Of a stretch of DNA of 40,260 bases, positions 36,801 through 40,260 are shown piece after piece. The stretch comes from Nemertoderma westbladi (taxonomy: Eukaryota > Animalia > Xenacoelomorpha): positions 1-40,260 of the forward strand of contig JAUCBJ010005387.1 in NCBI GenBank assembly GCA_032718475.1, given 5' to 3'. The translations under genes and the position numbers were made by a program. Under the pieces are notes generated by a model. It had not been told where the DNA came from. It made no database searches and saw nothing but the letters and a program-made list of their open reading frames with translations. The first letter of the stretch is position 1, and each line of letters starts with the position of its first letter.

Positions 36801-39135
36801 TACCGCGAATGGTGCAACTACTATCATTGGTAAGTTTGGACGCAGTTATAAAGGCTACCGCGAATGGTGCAACTACTATCATTGGTAAGTTTGGACGCAG
36901 TTATAAAGGCTACCGCGAATGGTGCAACTACTATCATTGGTAAGTTTGGACGCAGTTATAAAGGCTACCGCGAATGGTGCAACTACCATCATTAGTAAGT
37001 TTGGACGCAGTTATATAGGCTACCGCGAATGGTGCAACTACCATCATTGGTAAGTTTGGACGCAGTTATAAAGGCTACCGCGAATGGTGCAACTACCATC
37101 ATTGGTAAGTTTGGACGCAGTTATAAAGGCTACCGCGAATAGGTGCAACTACCATCATTGGTAAGTTTGGACGCAGTTATAAAGGCTACCGCGAATGGTG
37201 CAACTACCATCATTGGTAAATGGTAAGTTTGGACGCAGTTATAAAGGCTACCGCGAATGGTGCAACTACCATCATTGGTAAGTTTGGACGCAGTTATAAA
37301 GGCTACCGCGAATGGTGCAACTACCATCATTGGTGAGTTTGGACGCAGTTATAAAGGCTACCGCGAATGGTGCAACTACCATCATTGGTAAGTTTGGACG
37401 CAGTTATAAAGGCTACCGCGAATGGTGCAACTACTATCATTGGTAAGTTTGGACGCAGTTATAAAGGCTACCGCGAATGGTGCAACTACTATCATTGGTA
37501 AGTTTGGACGCAGTTATAAAGGCTACCGCGAATGGTGCAACTACTATCATTGGTAAGTTTGGACGCAGTTATAAAGGCTACCGCGAATGGTGCAACTACC
37601 ATCATTGGTAAGTTTGGACGCAGTTATAAAGGCTACCGCGAATGGTGCAACTACCATCATTGGTAAGTTTGGACGCAGTTATAAAGGCTACCGCGAATGG
37701 TGCAACTACTATCATTGGTAAGTTTGGACGCAGTTATAAAGGCTACCGCGAATGGTGCAACTACCATCATTGGTAAGTTTGGACGCAGTTATAAAGGCTA
37801 CCGCGAATGGTGCAACTACCATCATTGGTAAGTTTGGACGCAGTTATAAAGGCTACCGCGAATGGTGCAACTACTATCATTGGTAAGTTTGGACGCAGTT
37901 ATAAAGGCTACCGCGATTGGTGCAACTACTATCATTGGTAAGTTTGGACGCAGTTATAAAGGCTACCGCGAATGGTGCAACTACTATCATTGGTAAGTTT
38001 GGACGCAGTTATAAAGGCTACCGCGAATGGTGCAACTACTATCATTGGTAAGTTTGGACGCAGTTATAAAGGCTACCGCGAATGGTGCAACTACCATCAT
38101 TGGTAAGTTCGGACGCAGTTATAAAGGCTACCGCGAATGGTGCAACTAACATCATTGGTAAGTTTGGACGCAGTTATAAAGGCTACCGCGAATGGTGCAA
38201 CTAACATCATTGGTAAGTTTGGACGCAGTTATAAAGGCTACCGCGAATGGTGCCACTACTGGTATTTTCGGACGCAGTTATAAAGGCTACCGCTGATGGT
38301 GCAACTACTGGTAACGGACGCCATGCCATGAAGAGAAGACCAATTTGAAAGGGATACTGAACTTGAGAGAAACGAAACTGCGACAACTATGGCTAATCGG
38401 CAAGCCTGGATGGATCTAATTTCCACTGTCCCAGCTCGCTCGATCTAGTTGTATGCTACAAAAACAATGTGCCCCCATTAGACGCCATAGACACAATTCA
38501 ATTGATTGTATATAGTCAGTACAACGGCCGTACAGTTTGTTGTATGTGTGAGGTTTTTTGTCAGTTATTTTAATACGGTCATTTTCTGTCGTTATTTCCA
38601 TCTAGCGAGCAACCCTGGAACATAACGACAAATAAAGAATTCCTCATACCATTAATATTAGGTATCGCATCGCGTAATTTAATATAAATCGATCTGTCGA
38701 AATTCCAGGTTTCAGAGCAGCCGCACAAACTGTCAGTTACGGACAGTTTGGTTAAAACATTAAGGAGGGCCATTAATACCAGGTAATGATGTCATTGTTG
38801 AGATGCATCAGAAATAATATGAAACTTGGCTAGGTTGTCTCCCGATATTGAGGAGCGCTTTGCACTGACGCCATGCCCTTATCATAGGGGTCCTGTCCGA
38901 AGTAAGCAAACAGAACGGCAGTAAGTAGGCAGGTAAGCTCAGCTAAAGATATTACCCTCGCGTCGATATTGTTGTTTATTCCTTTCCCTTTGCAGGAGGT
39001 GGTGATACGGCGACAGTTGCGGCTAAATACCATACCGAACACTCAGTGAGTCATGTCAGTACCGGAGGCGGGGCCAGTCTGGAGTTGTTAGAAGGCAAAG
39101 AATTACCTGGGGTCGCCGCCCTTAGTGACGCTTAG
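15757..39135 (+). CDS. PGK: Phosphoglycerate kinase, 8 coding exons: join(15757..15818,18274..18477,19249..19393,21219..21442,21705..21867,29287..29418,34885..35062,38996..39135), 415 aa
   Basis: Exons sum to 1248 nt with consistent phases and GT-AG introns. PGK motifs present: [78 protein letters not shown] and [16 protein letters not shown]. Confidence 0.96.
15919..16361. mobile_element. MITE-like element in PGK intron 1
   Basis: TIRs taggaacactggtcac / gtgaccagtgttctta, plus a subterminal inverted pair tttacagccagaa / ttctggctgtaaa. No clear TSD. Confidence 0.6.
16582..18140 (+). mobile_element. PIF/Harbinger deletion derivative in PGK intron 1
   Basis: Perfect 18-bp TIRs gggtgggttgctggacgc / gcgtccagcaacccaccc, with an internal Harbinger transposase N-terminal remnant at 17139..17333. 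Confidence 0.75.
17139..17333 (+). pseudogene. Harbinger/HARBI1-type transposase N-terminal remnant
   Basis: Translation ..[42 protein letters not shown] resembles the Harbinger transposase N-terminus. It has an in-frame TGA and no DDE domain. Confidence 0.65.
18274..18477 (+). CDS. PGK: PGK exon 2
   Basis: cag|G GTT GAT TTC AAC ([17 protein letters not shown]), donor CG|gtgggt. Confidence 0.95.
18793..19129. mobile_element. hAT-type MITE in PGK intron 2
   Basis: TIRs caggaatggcataacgaaac / gtttcgttatgccatccctg (19/20 match), 8-bp TSD caccataa on both sides, and aaacg subterminal repeats. Confidence 0.9.
19249..19393 (+). CDS. PGK: PGK exon 3
   Basis: tag|C AAA GTT ([26 protein letters not shown]), donor AAG|gtgcct. 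Confidence 0.95.
19835..20814. mobile_element. hAT-type non-autonomous element in PGK intron 3
   Basis: Perfect 18-bp TIRs tagagttgaaacagagac / gtctctgtttcaactcta, 8-bp TSD atatataa, and ccagaga/ccggag subterminal repeats. Confidence 0.9.
21219..21442 (+). CDS. PGK: PGK exon 4
   Basis: aag|GCG AAA GCG (..[27 protein letters not shown]), donor GG|gtgcgt. Confidence 0.95.
21705..21867 (+). CDS. PGK: PGK exon 5
   Basis: cag|G GCC AAG ([25 protein letters not shown]), donor AAG|gtttaa. Confidence 0.93.
22751..22835. repeat. 41-bp direct duplication
   Basis: acctgccgacgtacgttacgtgttgttgtagtcactcgtgt present twice. Confidence 0.85.
23088..27914. mobile_element. 4.8-kb TIR element with a CAC..GTG-like terminus, carrying the 42-bp array
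   Basis: cccgtacggcccaaactcataaaaagtggccaaa / tttggccactttttgtgattttgagccgtacgtg (about 30/34 inverted match), with inner inverted tgtccca..tgtaaca motifs near 23870 and 27630-27725. Confidence 0.7.
24421..27120. repeat. 42-bp purine-rich minisatellite (about 60 copies) with diverged 42-bp units at the left edge
   Basis: Unit ggaggatctgtggagggtgtgggagacagggtgagaagtaca, with a 294-bp (7-unit) higher-order duplication at 24875 versus 25169. Confidence 0.95.
29287..29418 (+). CDS. PGK: PGK exon 6 (absent from the ORF track)
   Basis: ttttag|CTA ATG GAA ([44 protein letters not shown]), donor TTG|gtgagt. Confidence 0.95.
30411..31505 (-). mobile_element. Decayed non-LTR retrotransposon reverse transcriptase in PGK intron 6
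   Basis: Minus-strand motifs in RT order: [44 protein letters not shown] and [11 protein letters not shown]. Several stops and frameshifts. Confidence 0.85.
33183..34730 (+). mobile_element. L2/CR1-group LINE 3' fragment split by a DNA-transposon insertion
   Basis: [12 protein letters not shown] (to 33262) rejoins [26 protein letters not shown] (from 34300). It ends in an L2-like tail ggcgcggtataaatataaa(tta)n. Confidence 0.7.
33263..34299. mobile_element. Non-autonomous DNA transposon with ~34-bp TIRs and a 4-bp TSD
   Basis: ctgccgtcttaaggcaaaataccctatctc / gagatagggcattctgccttaagacggcag, with tacg duplicated on both sides. Removing it restores the host LINE frame. Confidence 0.85.
34885..35062 (+). 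CDS. PGK: PGK exon 7
   Basis: aag|GGT TTG GAC ([21 protein letters not shown]), donor G|gtaagt, 178 nt. Confidence 0.95.
35016..38320 (+). repeat. 55-bp tandem array made of the PGK exon 7 end plus its splice donor (about 58 full and 2 degenerate copies)
   Basis: Unit ggacgcagttataaaggctaccgcgaatggtgcaactac(c/t)atcattg|gtaagttt. The first copy is the coding exon end. Confidence 0.97.
38335..38425 (+). mobile_element. Possible RTE LINE 3'-terminal scrap
   Basis: Translates to [24 protein letters not shown], like the RTE C-terminal M-x-DR-x-x-W motif. A similar scrap (DDLANVMGDREFWR) lies at about 15487..15545. Confidence 0.4.
38996..39135 (+). CDS. PGK: PGK exon 8 (terminal coding exon)
   Basis: Polypyrimidine tract then tgcag|GA GGT GGT GAT ([37 protein letters not shown]). 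Confidence 0.96.
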
Positions 39136-39245
39136 AAGTTGGGGTTGTCGCCCTTAGTGACGCATAGTAACTATGGCGGGTTGTCGTTGTCGCCCTTGGT
39201 GATGTATAGTAACTGGGGTCGTCGTCCTTAGTGACGCGTAGTCAG
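39108..39245 (+). repeat. Four degenerate 32-42-bp copies of the PGK stop-codon region
   Basis: tggggtcgccgcccttagtgacgcttag followed by three diverged copies, each still ending in TAG. Confidence 0.8.
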
Positions 39246-39754
39246 TTGCTAAGTAACCAAGTAAACCGTTACTATGCCCTGCTGCCATGCCAGATTATTG
39301 TTCTTCTCTGGTAAATAGTTAAATAATTTCTAGATTATTTTATAGGCTTATATTTTTGTGACCAGGTTTAAATTATTGCAATTATTTAGTTAATTAACAC
39401 TTTTTACACCGTAGAAATCATTTCACTACTTAAATAGTAGATAATAATACCTTAGCTCTGTAATAATGTAATGCCGGCTTTGGGTTAAATACATTTTAAC
39501 TTCAGCTTTACCTGCGAGCGTTTGTTCACCATGTTCGTTATTCGTTAATTATATTTTAGGAAGTATTACCTAATGCGTTTTCCGTATTATCAGTGACAAA
39601 GTAACATGTAGCAATAAGGTATTATCGCTGACGAGGCATATTGATATTGAACTAAGCCAGGCATTCGGTTCGGTTCGGTTCGGTCTAAGTGGAGTACATC
39701 TACATGGGTATGACTTGCCAAAACCATGTATACAGCAGAGTACTAAAGGTCGAA

Positions 39755-40120
39755 CATATAACTGTGACGAGGAATATATTTATGACTATAGGCATATAAC
39801 TGATTGGACATTTACTTGTAACTAGGCCTATAACTGAGAAGACATACTTGTAACGATGCATATAACTGAGTAGACATATACTGAATATAACTGACTAGAC
39901 ATTTACTTGTAACTAGGCCTATAACTGAGAGGCATATAACTGAGTAGACATATACTGAATATAACTGACTAGACATTTACTTGTAACTAGGCCTATAACT
40001 GAGAGGCATATAACTGAGTAGACATACTTGTAACTAGGCATATAACTGAGTAGACATTTACTGGTAAGGCATATAACTGAGTAGCCATATACTTGTAACT
40101 ATAATAGGCATATTGCTCGT
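39755..40120. repeat. Degenerate ~32-bp tandem repeat with an exact 74-bp internal duplication
   Basis: Recurrent ggcatataactgagtagacat(tt)acttgtaacta modules. Confidence 0.8.
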
Positions 40121-40260
40121 CACTATTATCACGTATCTAACTATGATTGCGCTTATAATTGTAACTAGGGATATATTCTTTACTATGAAACGGCAACTGT
40201 GTAGATATCTGACATTTGGCGCATACGACTGTGAGTAGGCATATACTTATGAATATAATA

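Noticed and set aside
35016-38320. CRISPR-like appearance of the regular arrays
   Set aside because: No unique spacers, no cas genes, and a eukaryotic intron context.
39007-39030. PGK has TATVAAK where human PGK1 has TATCCAK
   Set aside because: This position varies among PGKs and the catalytic motifs are intact, so it is not evidence of a new function.

Overview
AT-rich eukaryotic window that looks like an invertebrate animal. It holds a complete 8-exon phosphoglycerate kinase gene (PGK, + strand, 15757..39135, 415 aa when spliced by hand, all introns GT-AG). Two intronless minus-strand genes sit head-to-head with it: an OARD1/TARG1 macrodomain protein (13362..13805) and a TRMT10A-like tRNA m1G9 methyltransferase (11623..12768). 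The rest is decayed retroelement pieces (RTE-like, L2-like, BEL/Pao), many TIR-bounded non-autonomous DNA transposons (four of them nested in PGK intron 5), and four large minisatellites (49, 39, 42 and 55 bp units) that generate the spurious giant ORFs. The most striking pattern is tandem amplification starting at functional gene boundaries. The end of PGK exon 7 plus its GTAAGT donor is repeated about 58 times, and each unit parses as a 16-nt GT..AG segment plus a 39-nt in-frame exon. The PGK stop region is present in four copies. The TRMT10A C-terminus runs into a 39-bp in-frame array whose variant units supply the stop codon. All coordinates and counts were read by eye.
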